Source: Candidatus Nanoarchaeia archaeon (GTDB lineage Archaea; Nanobdellota; Nanobdellia; Woesearchaeales; GW2011-AR4). Taken from it: a stretch of DNA of 64,000 nucleotides. The translations under genes and the position numbers were made by a program. Below the pieces are notes generated by a model that was not told the DNA's origin, searched no databases, and worked only from the letters and a program-made list of their open reading frames with translations. The stretch covers positions 3,945 through 67,944 of the forward strand of contig DATDZA010000016.1 of the NCBI GenBank assembly GCA_035288865.1, read 5' to 3'. Positions 23,949-32,836 of the stretch are shown piece after piece (the stretch's first letter is position 1; each line of letters begins with the position of its first letter).

Positions 23949-24980
23949 ATGTACAAAATAAAAATTATTCCAGAAGATTTCATTGTAAAAGAATTAAGCA
24001 AAGTTAGTGCAAAAGAAAACGGGCAATACGCTTATTTTATTCTCAAAAAAACTAATTATTCTACAGTTCGTGCGTTGGAGGTAGTATCTCAAAAACTTAA
24101 CATTCCATTAAAAAATATCGGTTTTGCAGGAAATAAAGACAAGAATGCAGTCACCGAACAGGCGATATCAATCTTCAAAGGAAGCAAAAATTCTGAAAAT
24201 CTGAATTTAAGAAATATTGAATTAAAATATTTAGGAAACGGAAAAGAGCCTATTTCTTTGGGCGATTTGGACGGCAATGTATTCACAATTACTATTAGAA
24301 ATCTAAATAATGACGAAGTCAAAAAGATAAAAAATCTTGAAAACAAAAGAATTAACGTGCCAAATTTATTTGGGCCCCAAAGGTTCAGCAATAATAACCA
24401 TCTTGTCGGAAAAGCGATTATAAGAAAAGATTTCAAAAAAGCTGTTGAATTGATTTTAGAAAATAGCGGTAATATTGAGGAAAATATTAAAGTTTATCTA
24501 AAAAACAGTAAAAATGACTATGCTGGAGCATTAAGACTTATTTCATTAAAAACAAGAAAATTGTTTGTACACGCTTATCAGTCATTTTTATTTAATAGGG
24601 TAACTGATGAATATTTAAGAAATAATGAGATTAATAATAAGGACGACAAAATAAAAAATTATGATAAAATGGAAAATATAGAAATACCAATTATCGGCTT
24701 TAATTTTGACTTAAATGAGACAAAAAATAAAGTATTAAAAAATATAATCAAGAAAATACTTGAAGAAGAAAAATTAAATCCAAGAGATTTTATAATCAAT
24801 CAAATGCCAGAATTAACATCAGAAGGAACTCAAAGATATTTATTTTTCGAACTCAAAGGCCTAAAAATATTAGAAATTAATAATGATGAATTAAATGAAA
24901 GTATGAAAAAAATGAAAATTAATTTTACGTTGCCGAAGAGCTGCTATGCAACTACATTAATAGAATTTATTTTTCTGTAG
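23949..24980 (+). CDS. truD: tRNA pseudouridine synthase TruD/Pus7 family
   Basis: Motifs IIPEDFIVKE, GFAGNKDKNAVTEQ (catalytic Asp motif) and NLFGPQRF. Confidence 0.85.
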   Translation: MYKIKIIPEDFIVKELSKVSAKENGQYAYFILKKTNYSTVRALEVVSQKLNIPLKNIGFAGNKDKNAVTEQAISIFKGSKNSENLNLRNIELKYLGNGKEPISLGDLDGNVFTITIRNLNNDEVKKIKNLENKRINVPNLFGPQRFSNNNHLVGKAIIRKDFKKAVELILENSGNIEENIKVYLKNSKNDYAGALRLISLKTRKLFVHAYQSFLFNRVTDEYLRNNEINNKDDKIKNYDKMENIEIPIIGFNFDLNETKNKVLKNIIKKILEEEKLNPRDFIINQMPELTSEGTQRYLFFELKGLKILEINNDELNESMKKMKINFTLPKSCYATTLIEFIFL

Positions 24981-25647
24981 CCTTCTCAGGGCTTTTTGCG
25001 CTATGTTTCTCCGGCTTTCCAATTATCTTTATGACATTTGAAAAAATGTCTTTAGGCTTTTTTGTTGCATCAACATCATGAAGCACTTTCCTGTTCCTAT
25101 AATAATCAATCACCGGTGACGTTTCCGAGCTATATACTTGAATTCTTTTCTTGACTGTCTCCGGCTCGTCATCTTTTCTCTGCAGAAGCGGGCCGCTGCA
25201 TTTGTCGCAAGTATCTTTTTTCTTCGGCTTCACAGTAACCAGGTTGAACAGAGCCCCGCACTTTCCGCAATGCCTCCTCTGAGTCAGCCTTTCAACAATC
25301 ACGTCTTCAGGGGCAGTCAGATTAAGGACAAAATCTATTTTCATTTTCATTTTCCACAAAGTGTTCTCAAGAAAATCTGCCTGGTCTATTGTTCTTGGGT
25401 AGCCGTCTATGATAAAACCATTTTTATTGCTGTCCTGTTTCAGTCCCTTTTCCAGAACTTTGTTCACAACGCTGTCAGGCACCAGAAGGCCTTTCTCAAC
25501 ATATTGAATCAGCTCAGAATTGCCGCTTTTTATTTCAGTCCGGAAAATATCTCCCGTTGAAATATGGGGAATTTTATACTTTTCAACAAGCATGTCTGAC
25601 AATGTTCCCTTGCCGGCACCGGGCGGCCCAAATATTATTAATTGCAT
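24967..25647 (-). CDS. adk: Adenylate kinase (long, zinc-lid type)
   Basis: Motifs MQLIIFGPPGAGKGT, IDGYPRT and the lid CGKCG..CDKCSG. Confidence 0.92.
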   Translation of the reverse strand: MQLIIFGPPGAGKGTLSDMLVEKYKIPHISTGDIFRTEIKSGNSELIQYVEKGLLVPDSVVNKVLEKGLKQDSNKNGFIIDGYPRTIDQADFLENTLWKMKMKIDFVLNLTAPEDVIVERLTQRRHCGKCGALFNLVTVKPKKKDTCDKCSGPLLQRKDDEPETVKKRIQVYSSETSPVIDYYRNRKVLHDVDATKKPKDIFSNVIKIIGKPEKHSAKSPEKATEK

Positions 25648-25737
25648 TTTAAAATGCGACATTCTCTTATTTTTATATCTTTCTATTAATTTCGTATAAT
25701 TTTCAAGATGGAAAACTATTTATACAAATAAGTTTTA

Positions 25738-25965
25738 GTGATTCTCATGTCCTTTATCGGTATAGAATATTTCCTAGCACCAATTTACTGGGTTGCTTTT
25801 CTTATAATAGTGCTTAGTATACTCCCATCTTTAATTTCTGGTTTGTCCTATATAATAACTAAAAGAATCAATAAAGACAAGGCTTCATTTGTATTCAAAA
25901 TTTTATTTATTATCGTTACAATAATAGAATTAATTGTTCTCGGAATAATAATTGGTAAATTTTAG
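25738..25965 (+). CDS. Small membrane protein (hypothetical)
   Basis: 75-aa ORF with a GTG start and two hydrophobic helices. Confidence 0.35.
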   Translation: MILMSFIGIEYFLAPIYWVAFLIIVLSILPSLISGLSYIITKRINKDKASFVFKILFIIVTIIELIVLGIIIGKF

Positions 25966-25973
25966 TAAAATAT

Positions 25974-26441
25974 TTATCCCAAATAGCCTATGTCCTCTTT
26001 TATATCTGTTTCGGTTTTCCATGATTCTTTCATTTTATTCAAGTATTTTTTCATTTCTTCCTTGATTGGCCCCCATTCGGAAAAAAAGCTGCTGATAAAT
26101 TCAGCCTCATCTTTTTCGCTGCCATTCAAAGATAATTCCACAGTGCGCCTGCTTAACAACATTAATTTCCTGTAAAGATCAAAAGCTTCTTTCTTTTCAT
26201 CATCCTCAAATACCCTGGATTCATGCATCGCCGACAAGTTCGAGCCGTCAGGCTGCAGCAATTCTTCAAATAATCCTGAAAAAAAATCCAGTTTCTCTGC
26301 AATTCTTCTGACAATGGATTTTATGAGAAAATCAGTTTCATCCAAATCGCTGAGCTCAAATTCATAGTTTATCTCCTTAAATTCAGGAAGCCTGTATTTT
26401 TTCCGGAGTTCGCTGTACTGTTTTTCTGTTTCTTCTGCCAT
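25974..26441 (-). CDS. Hypothetical acidic protein
   Basis: The start was moved to MAEETEKQYSELRKKY (26441). The longer ORF-track N-terminus overlaps the tRNA at 26459-26543. Confidence 0.5.
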   Translation of the reverse strand: MAEETEKQYSELRKKYRLPEFKEINYEFELSDLDETDFLIKSIVRRIAEKLDFFSGLFEELLQPDGSNLSAMHESRVFEDDEKKEAFDLYRKLMLLSRRTVELSLNGSEKDEAEFISSFFSEWGPIKEEMKKYLNKMKESWKTETDIKEDIGYLG

Positions 26442-26458
26442 TTTTTGATTACTATAAA

Positions 26459-26543
26459 AGCCCCCGGCCGGATGTGCGCCGGCGACCTTCTGATGGCTTG
26501 CTTTGATACAAGTCAGACGCAATAGCTACTATGCTACGGAGGC
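26459..26543 (-). tRNA. tRNA-Thr(UGU)-like gene with a 12-nt intron at 37/38 (26495-26506) and non-canonical D and T loops
   Basis: - Acceptor GCCUCCG/CGGGGGC, 7 pairs including one G.U.
- D arm GCAU-AGUAGCUA-UUGC.
- Anticodon stem UCUGA/UCAGA; loop CUUGUA|intron UCAAAGCAAGCC|A.
- The intron forms a 4-bp helix CUUG/CAAG flanked by 3-nt bulges UA|U and CC|A.
- Variable region AGGUC.
- T stem GCCGG/CCGGC, but the T-loop is CGCACAU.
- Discriminator U, then a T-run.
- TATA-like TTTAAATA lies about 30 nt upstream. Confidence 0.62.
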
Positions 26544-26605
26544 ATTAAGGAGTATCCTTAGAATTAAAACTTTATTTAAATAGCTTTTGAATATTTCAAT
26601 CCGGT

Positions 26606-27208
26606 TTATTCCTCGTACCCAAACTGTCGTGCAAAGAACGGCTCTGGAATTGCTGTATAATTTCTTAACTGCAAATACTGCTTTACTTTTGCGTGAATCC
26701 TATTAGCATCGCGCCATAATTCTTTCTCCCGCTTGTCAATTTCTCCGACTATTATTCTGGCTTCATAAATGTGCTTAAGGTGCCTCAACATCCAGTGATC
26801 AGCCCAGATACGCTTAAAATCTTTTTCTATTCTTGGCCTGAAAAACATTTCTATCTCGCAGTTCTGCGCAGTCATCTTCTTGCCCTGCTGAACTATCTCG
26901 ACATTTTGCAGATAGACTATATGCGCATCAATATCAAGATGATTTCTGAAATAAGTGTTATACTTCCCTTCCGGATATTTCCAAAGCCTCCACCAAAACC
27001 AAATCTCCTTCCCGCCCCTGTGGATACCTTTCTGGTAAACATTTTCAGAATATAGAATTTCAACGTCATCGCCGTCTTTGCTTCCGTCAGCGCCAAACCA
27101 CCCTTCTTCCAGCATAGTTTCATGAAGCATAATGTACAGGTTCCTTAATGAGAATACATCCCTATATTTGACTTTAATTTCAGGAAGCTGCAAGATGTCT
27201 CCGGCCAT
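26606..27208 (-). CDS. Hypothetical protein
   Basis: 200-aa Trp-rich ORF. No motif recognised. Confidence 0.5.
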   Translation of the reverse strand: MAGDILQLPEIKVKYRDVFSLRNLYIMLHETMLEEGWFGADGSKDGDDVEILYSENVYQKGIHRGGKEIWFWWRLWKYPEGKYNTYFRNHLDIDAHIVYLQNVEIVQQGKKMTAQNCEIEMFFRPRIEKDFKRIWADHWMLRHLKHIYEARIIVGEIDKREKELWRDANRIHAKVKQYLQLRNYTAIPEPFFARQFGYEE

Positions 27209-27300
27209 ACAGTTAAAACTGAAAATTATGTTTATAAAGCTTTCTGTTTGGCGAAATTTTTACAGAAAAGTTTAAATAAAATAAACACTGCAATAAAAAA

Positions 27301-27636
27301 ATGAATAATGTGTCGGTTGTTTTAGACGATTTAGTGGGATTTCTAATTAAGCGAGTTCCTGCACCCGTAATTATAGATTCTGTTTCTAGAGCACATTCCG
27401 CTGAAATAGATGAAACAATGAGATTAATGGTTGAAATGGTCCATGAATCCTTTTTTTGGGACGGAGGCCTTTCTAATTTCGCTTATAGAAAACCTGAAAA
27501 TAAAACTCTACGTACAGTTTATCAAAGATTCAAACACTTAATACCGGAAGAATATAAAACAGAGGGTGTAAAACGAGCTGAAGAACCCAAAGAAGTCAAA
27601 TATGATCAAGATACTGGCACATTTTATGCAGAATAG
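27301..27636 (+). CDS. Hypothetical protein
   Basis: 111-aa ORF. No motif recognised. Confidence 0.4.
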   Translation: MNNVSVVLDDLVGFLIKRVPAPVIIDSVSRAHSAEIDETMRLMVEMVHESFFWDGGLSNFAYRKPENKTLRTVYQRFKHLIPEEYKTEGVKRAEEPKEVKYDQDTGTFYAE

Positions 27637-27720
27637 CCGATTTAAGTTCATTCGATAATTTCATTTAATATTCTATTTAAATTAAGAAACATTTTTAATT
27701 GACTAAACTTACCTTTTTCT

Positions 27721-28917
27721 ATGTTAATCGGAATCGTCGGCAAGCCGTCTTGCGGAAAAAGCACTTTCTTCAAAGCCCAGACTTTGGCGAACGTTGAAAT
27801 TGCAAATTATCCTTTCACTACAATAAAGCCCAATCATGGAACTGGATATGTCAAAGTCGAATGCGTGGACAAAGAATTTAAAACTAAATGCAATCCAAGA
27901 TTTGGATATTGCATAGATTCCAAAAGATTTGTGCCGGTTGAATTGCTTGACGTAGCCGGCTTGGTTCCGGGCGCCCACGAAGGCAAGGGAATGGGCAACC
28001 AGTTTCTTGACGACCTAAACCAGGCAGATGTTCTTATTCATATTATTGATATTGCAGGCTCTACAAATGAAAAAGGTGAATCAGTTCCACCTCTAAGCTA
28101 TGACCCGGCAAATGACATAAAATTTCTGGAACATGAATTGGACATGTGGTACCTGAGATTAATAGAAAAAGGTTGGGATAAGTTTGCAAGGACAGTAAAT
28201 CAGGAAAGGGCAGAGCTGAACAAAGCAGTTGCCAAACAGTTAAGCTCCTTCAGGGTAACTGAAAATTTAATGAAGAAAGTGATGGAAAAGCTTAATCTTG
28301 ATTTAGATGTGATGAAATGGGACAGGGAAGTTTTAATGAAGATCGCCATTGTATTGAGGAAAGCAACCAAGCCAATGATAATAGCGTGTAATAAAGTTGA
28401 CGTGCCGGGCGCATTTGATAATTTTGAAAAATTAAAAAAAGAATTTCCCGGCTACATTTTAGTTCCGTGCAGCGCCGAAGCCGAACTGGCTTTGAGGGAA
28501 GCCGCGAAGCATGAACTGATAAAGTATATTCCGGGCGATTTGGAATTTGAAATGTTGCATCCTGAAAAATTAAATGATCAGCAGAAAAACGCCCTTGAAT
28601 TTATAAGAACAGAATTACTGCAGAAATTTAGTTCAACAGGCGTGCAAAAAGTCTTGGACCTTGCAGTTTTTGAATTATTAAAATATGTTGCAATATTTCC
28701 GGGCGGCGTAAACAAGCTGGAGGACCAGCACGGCAACAGGCTGCCGGACTGCTTCCTGATGCCTCCTGAGACGACTGCTTTGGATTTTGCGTTTAGATTG
28801 CACACCGACATCGGAAATCATTTCGTAAAAGCGATAGATGTTAAATCAAGGCGTCCGGTGGGAAAAGATTACGTTCTAAAAAACCGCGATGTAATAGAGA
28901 TTGCGACGAGCAAATAA
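27721..28917 (+). CDS. OBG-family P-loop GTPase/ATPase (YchF/OLA1-like) with C-terminal TGS domain
   Basis: Motifs G1 GIVGKPSCGKST, G2 NYPFTTI, G3 DVAGLVPGA and NKVD. The C-terminus (RDVIEI) is TGS-like. Confidence 0.8.
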   Translation: MLIGIVGKPSCGKSTFFKAQTLANVEIANYPFTTIKPNHGTGYVKVECVDKEFKTKCNPRFGYCIDSKRFVPVELLDVAGLVPGAHEGKGMGNQFLDDLNQADVLIHIIDIAGSTNEKGESVPPLSYDPANDIKFLEHELDMWYLRLIEKGWDKFARTVNQERAELNKAVAKQLSSFRVTENLMKKVMEKLNLDLDVMKWDREVLMKIAIVLRKATKPMIIACNKVDVPGAFDNFEKLKKEFPGYILVPCSAEAELALREAAKHELIKYIPGDLEFEMLHPEKLNDQQKNALEFIRTELLQKFSSTGVQKVLDLAVFELLKYVAIFPGGVNKLEDQHGNRLPDCFLMPPETTALDFAFRLHTDIGNHFVKAIDVKSRRPVGKDYVLKNRDVIEIATSK

Positions 28918-28974
28918 TCAAACTGCCCATTAAAACATTACTTTTATAAATCATCAATATTAACTTCTATTCAT

Positions 28975-29062
28975 GCGCTGGTGGTCTAATGGCTATGACT
29001 GCGGCCTTCCAAGCCGCGTGTCCGGGTTCGAAACAAAAATTGCGAAAGTCCCGGCCGGCGCA
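28975..29062 (+). tRNA. tRNA-Gly(UCC) with a 16-nt intron in the T-loop at position 59/60 (29033-29048)
   Basis: - Acceptor GCGCUGG/CCGGCGC.
- D arm GUCU-AAUGGCUA-UGAC.
- Anticodon arm GCGGC-CUUCCAA-GCCGC.
- Variable region GUGU.
- T stem CCGGG/CCCGG enclosing UUCGAA|ACAAAAAUUGCGAAAG|U.
- Central helix UUCG/CGAA flanked by 3-nt bulges AA|A and AG|U.
- Splicing yields the canonical T-loop UUCGAAU and a 72-nt tRNA.
- TATA box TTTATAAA lies at 28943-28950 and a T-run follows the 3' end. Confidence 0.85.
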
Positions 29063-29236
29063 TATTTTTATTTTTTATCAGAATTAAAAATCAAGAAAAG
29101 ACGAAAACAATTTATGTTACAGAAATAATTGCTAATTGTATTATCCCAGCATAAATATGATTTCAAAAAACTTAAAAACAAAAGTTTATTAATTACAAAA
29201 CCTTTTTATATCTAAAAAGTTTTCTTCTACTCTAAA

Positions 29237-29797
29237 ATGCAAAAAGCAGATCCGAATTCTCCAAAGCTGACGGAAAATGACAAGGATGTCCTGAGGAAGA
29301 TTATAGACCATTCTAGGATACCAGACAGCAAGATTGCCGATGATATTGGGATTTCTCCGCAGGCCGTCTTTAAGATTAGGGCCAAGCTTGAGCAATTAGG
29401 AATCATCAAGGGCTACACGCCAATAATCGACTTTAAGAAGATAGGTATCCAGGTCCTGGCACTGCTCGTCATCCGCGTTAGGCCGGATGTTTGGGACAAA
29501 TACTCTGATGACTTGGTTTCAGAGCGTATTTCGAAAATCCCTTACATAATATCAGCCTATAGGGTCGCTGACGCCCGGGCATCCCATATTCTGCTGATTG
29601 GATTTAGAGATACTGCTCAAAAGGAGAACTATATTGCCCAGATTCAAATTAAACATAGAAATGAAATTGAGATAAAGGAAATCTACACTTTCTCAGTAGA
29701 TAAGATTATTATCCAGAATCCGATTGGCTTGCTAAACGAGATAATCGACAAAACTGATTTTTCCAAATATGAGTTGTTTCCCCTAGGCAAAAAATAA
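29237..29797 (+). CDS. Lrp/AsnC-family transcriptional regulator
   Basis: N-terminal HTH (LTENDKDVLRKIIDHSRIPDSKIADDIGISPQAVFKIRAKLEQLGIIKGY) followed by a RAM-like domain. Confidence 0.7.
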   Translation: MQKADPNSPKLTENDKDVLRKIIDHSRIPDSKIADDIGISPQAVFKIRAKLEQLGIIKGYTPIIDFKKIGIQVLALLVIRVRPDVWDKYSDDLVSERISKIPYIISAYRVADARASHILLIGFRDTAQKENYIAQIQIKHRNEIEIKEIYTFSVDKIIIQNPIGLLNEIIDKTDFSKYELFPLGKK

Positions 29798-29886
29798 TGA
29801 TTCAGAATTGATTCTCAACAAATAACTTATTATTTATTGATTATCCCTACCAATCAGTCTAATACTTATCCAACTTCTGTAACAAT

Positions 29887-30018
29887 ATGACAATTAAATG
29901 CAAGCACTGCGGAAAGGCAATAGCCCAAGCCAAATTAAGGGGTCTTTCATTGATATGCCCATTTTGCGGAAAGCCACAAAACGGGCTGCCGCACCTTAAA
30001 ACCAAGGGGTTGCTGTAA
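29887..30018 (+). CDS. Small zinc-ribbon protein (43 aa; below the ORF-track cutoff)
   Basis: Hand translation gives MTIKCKHCGKAIAQAKLRGLSLICPFCGKPQNGLPHLKTKGLL, with CxxC..CxxC. The opposite-strand 76-aa ORF looks spurious. Confidence 0.4.
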   Translation: MTIKCKHCGKAIAQAKLRGLSLICPFCGKPQNGLPHLKTKGLL

Positions 30019-30234
30019 ACATACCACTTGCCTGCACCGGACAGAGTAGGGCTAATATTTTTAACTAGAGGTAATGCTAAGATTTTCACCAGAATGCAAA
30101 AGTGAATTAAAATTTCAAATCAACCATCACAAACTAACTGATAGGTAAACTAAAAATGAAGATATTTATTTAATTGGGGGTAAAACAATGGCAAAATCAA
30201 AACAAATAAAATTTATATATCAAAGGAGAATAAA

Positions 30235-30597
30235 ATGAGGGCATCTCTAATTATATTTGGTGTAATTTTTCTGGTCATCGGGGGGCTGTTATACATTGTG
30301 CCGATGCAAGAAGTTAAAGCAGATACAACTACCATAGGAAATGGAAATGTAGATTCCCGCACATCATCAGCAAGAGTAACTGTTCCTGCGGAGTGGGCAT
30401 TTGCATCTGCAATCATCGGTTTTGTTTTATTAATGCTCGGCTTGGTGATTCCCAATTCAGCCCTAAGAAGTGATTCAAAAAAAGATTCCTATGAAAAAGT
30501 AGTTGAGTCAAAAGAGAATATTGAATTTGGTGATGGAAACAAACGCAAGATTGTCAGGGAGAGGATTGAGAAGCATAATGTAAGAAATGATGAGTAA
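30235..30597 (+). CDS. Membrane protein (hypothetical)
   Basis: 120-aa ORF with two TM helices. A 16-codon upstream ORF (30188-30238) overlaps it by ATGA. Confidence 0.5.
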   Translation: MRASLIIFGVIFLVIGGLLYIVPMQEVKADTTTIGNGNVDSRTSSARVTVPAEWAFASAIIGFVLLMLGLVIPNSALRSDSKKDSYEKVVESKENIEFGDGNKRKIVRERIEKHNVRNDE

Positions 30598-30650
30598 GAA
30601 AGATAATGATTTGAAAAAGATTTTAATTAAACCAAATAGGAGGTAAACAA

Positions 30651-30770
30651 ATGGCAAAATCAAGCAGAGGCGGAAGAATGACGGCAGCAAAGACAAGAGC
30701 TGCAAAGAGCGCTGGCGGCAGGGGACATATAAAGAACAGGGCTGCAGGAAAAAAAATAATGAGAAGTTAA
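30651..30770 (+). CDS. Small basic protein (39 aa, hypothetical)
   Basis: A strong AGGAGGT lies 6 nt upstream of the ATG. Translation MAKSSRGGRMTAAKTRAAKSAGGRGHIKNRAAGKKIMRS. A hairpin plus T-run follows. Confidence 0.35.
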   Translation: MAKSSRGGRMTAAKTRAAKSAGGRGHIKNRAAGKKIMRS

Positions 30771-31078
30771 ATATCTCAACTTGGGAGATTTGTTTCTTCA
30801 AAGTTAGATTATTTTTTTATTATGGAATGTAGGTATTCCCATAGGAGATGTAAACGAAAATGGAAAATTATACCGTTGTAAGCGCAAGGACATGGAAAAA
30901 TCTTGACAGGGTTGCAAGGCTTAATAGGATTGCAACTAAGAATCTTAATGATGACCTGCTGGAAAAATATTATGAGAATTAAATGTCTTAGCGAGTAGTA
31001 TTTATTGCTACGTAGCTGAGATTATTTTTTATTAGAGGAGTTGAAAGTTAGAAAATCTAGGAATGGGGGTGTTTATTT

Positions 31079-31408
31079 ATGGTAGTTTTAGAAACTTTAT
31101 TGAGATTTTTGATAAGCCTGGTCATATCAGCAGTGGTTATATTTATAGCCGCAAAATTATTTGGGGAAAGGGAGGGATTTGGCACAGCGATATGGGCTGC
31201 ACTTTCCGGCGCAATAATATTCGCGCTCGTGTTTTATTTCGTAGGGATAGGTTGGGTTGCCTCATTAGTTGGCGGGATAGCCTGGTTGATTGCCCTGGGT
31301 AGCCTATACAAAATTGGCTGGCTGAAATCTTTAGTAATAGCTGTGGTAATATGGGTATTTGCAACTATAGTCAGCACGGTGCTGCCAACGATTACGGGAC
31401 CACTTTAA
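31079..31408 (+). CDS. Four-TM small membrane protein (phage-holin-4-like / DUF-type)
   Basis: 109 aa, very hydrophobic (LISLVISAVVIFIAAKLF...). Confidence 0.5.
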   Translation: MVVLETLLRFLISLVISAVVIFIAAKLFGEREGFGTAIWAALSGAIIFALVFYFVGIGWVASLVGGIAWLIALGSLYKIGWLKSLVIAVVIWVFATIVSTVLPTITGPL

Positions 31409-31713
31409 GAAATGGAGGAAACCATGAAAAATGCTTATAAGAAAAAGGGAGGAATACTTTCACTCATTGGCGGAGTGGTGGTAATAATAATTATCATGGT
31501 ATTGTTTTTCAGAATTTTTTAAAAATTCGTACACAAGCCAAAGACCGTAATCCACCGGAGAAATATAGTTTTAAGAATGATGTTTCAGTTCAATACAATT
31601 AAATATGGGCAATTGCTGGATAATAGGAAAAAAATAATAAAATATAAGAATGTTTATATACTTTAAATCTTTTACCATACATAAGCAAGTAAAATCTTGA
31701 TGGGGTGAAAAGC

Positions 31714-31938
31714 ATGAAATCAAAAACAGTCAAGGGTGTTAAGGAAGATTTTAGCGCTGCAAAAAAGCAGGTCAAGTCCGAATTTAATAAGGCAAAGGCA
31801 AAAATAACTGAAGTAGAGAAGCATGCTGAGGATTATATCAGGAAAAATCCAAAGCGGGCAACAGCAATTGCAATAGGCGTTGGTGCTGCTGTTGGAGCGG
31901 CCATAGCTGCGTTTTGGATGAGAGAGAAACGCAAATAA
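31714..31938 (+). CDS. ElaB/YqjD (DUF883)-like tail-anchored protein
   Basis: Lys-rich helical N-terminal region plus a C-terminal TM helix ATAIAIGVGAAVGAAIAAFW. Confidence 0.5.
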   Translation: MKSKTVKGVKEDFSAAKKQVKSEFNKAKAKITEVEKHAEDYIRKNPKRATAIAIGVGAAVGAAIAAFWMREKRK

Positions 31939-32031
31939 GTTAGGGTTCATTATTCGAACAGGGTATCAATTAAGCACCTCAGCTTGGGCCTTGATTTTTC
32001 GACAATTATTTTAAAAGAAGTTTTACGCCTC

Positions 32032-32358
32032 ATGAGAAAGCTGCAAACTAAAAAAGAAGGATTTCCATCGATGCTCTCGCATTTCTTTGGCGTCCTGTTT
32101 TCATCAATTAAGGACCGAGTTACACAGGGAGCTGATGCCATAATTGATCATATGGAAGAAAGAATACTGTCGCTCCAGAAAAAGATCCTTCGTAATTTTT
32201 TCATAATGCTTTGCATCAGCGCAGGAATTGTGGCGCTCTTGCTTTCGTTGTGCTTCTACCTTGTTGATGTATTACACTGGCCGCGCTATATTATTTTTCT
32301 TATTCTCGGCGCCTTGTTGCTGATTATTGCATCTGTGCGCGCGAACCTGAAGAATTAA
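32032..32358 (+). CDS. Two-TM membrane protein (hypothetical)
   Basis: ATG at 32032 is preferred over the TTG at 31984. Sits directly downstream of the DUF883-like gene. Confidence 0.45.
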   Translation: MRKLQTKKEGFPSMLSHFFGVLFSSIKDRVTQGADAIIDHMEERILSLQKKILRNFFIMLCISAGIVALLLSLCFYLVDVLHWPRYIIFLILGALLLIIASVRANLKN

Positions 32359-32836
32359 TGTTTTTATTCTGCAGCAGCTCTGATTTTGTTATGTTCAGAA
32401 AAATATTCTTGTCCTTGCTTTTGATGTACTCTTTGGGAACGCGCACGCGTCTCATGCCCAGAAAGCCAGTTTTGACTACGATGGCCGCTACTGCATTTGT
32501 GTCCTGCGCAAGCTCAACGCTGGCAACAGTGCCGATTTTCGCGCCATTTAAGCCAAACACCAACCTTCCCTTAAGCAATGTTGATGGGCCAATGTTAAGA
32601 AATACCGCGTGCTTTGCAACTTCAGTTATATAATTCGTGCTGATAACGAATCCTTTCCGTAAAAAGCCCTTGTCGACAGATATGCCAAGCACCTGCATTG
32701 TCCTCGGGTCTAGATAAAATTTGTCGCTGACTCCAATATACACGCCGTTCGAGTCAATAACATCCTTGCCAAGGACGTCTTCCGACGTGATGGCACCCTG
32801 CAATTTCTTAAGCTCCACGTTTACTCGCCTCGGCAA
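32324..32836 (-). CDS. PRC-barrel domain protein (two PRC-like repeats)
   Basis: Motifs GKDVIDSNGVYIGVSDKFYLDP and LNGAKIGTVASVEL. Confidence 0.6.
   Translation of the reverse strand: MPRRVNVELKKLQGAITSEDVLGKDVIDSNGVYIGVSDKFYLDPRTMQVLGISVDKGFLRKGFVISTNYITEVAKHAVFLNIGPSTLLKGRLVFGLNGAKIGTVASVELAQDTNAVAAIVVKTGFLGMRRVRVPKEYIKSKDKNIFLNITKSELLQNKNINSSGSRAQMQ

Noticed and set aside
26442-26522. N-terminal 27 codons of the 182-aa minus-strand ORF (MRLTCIKASHQKVAGAHPAGGFYSNQK)
   Set aside because: They are encoded by the GC-rich tRNA-Thr-like gene. The protein more plausibly starts at MAEETEK (26441).
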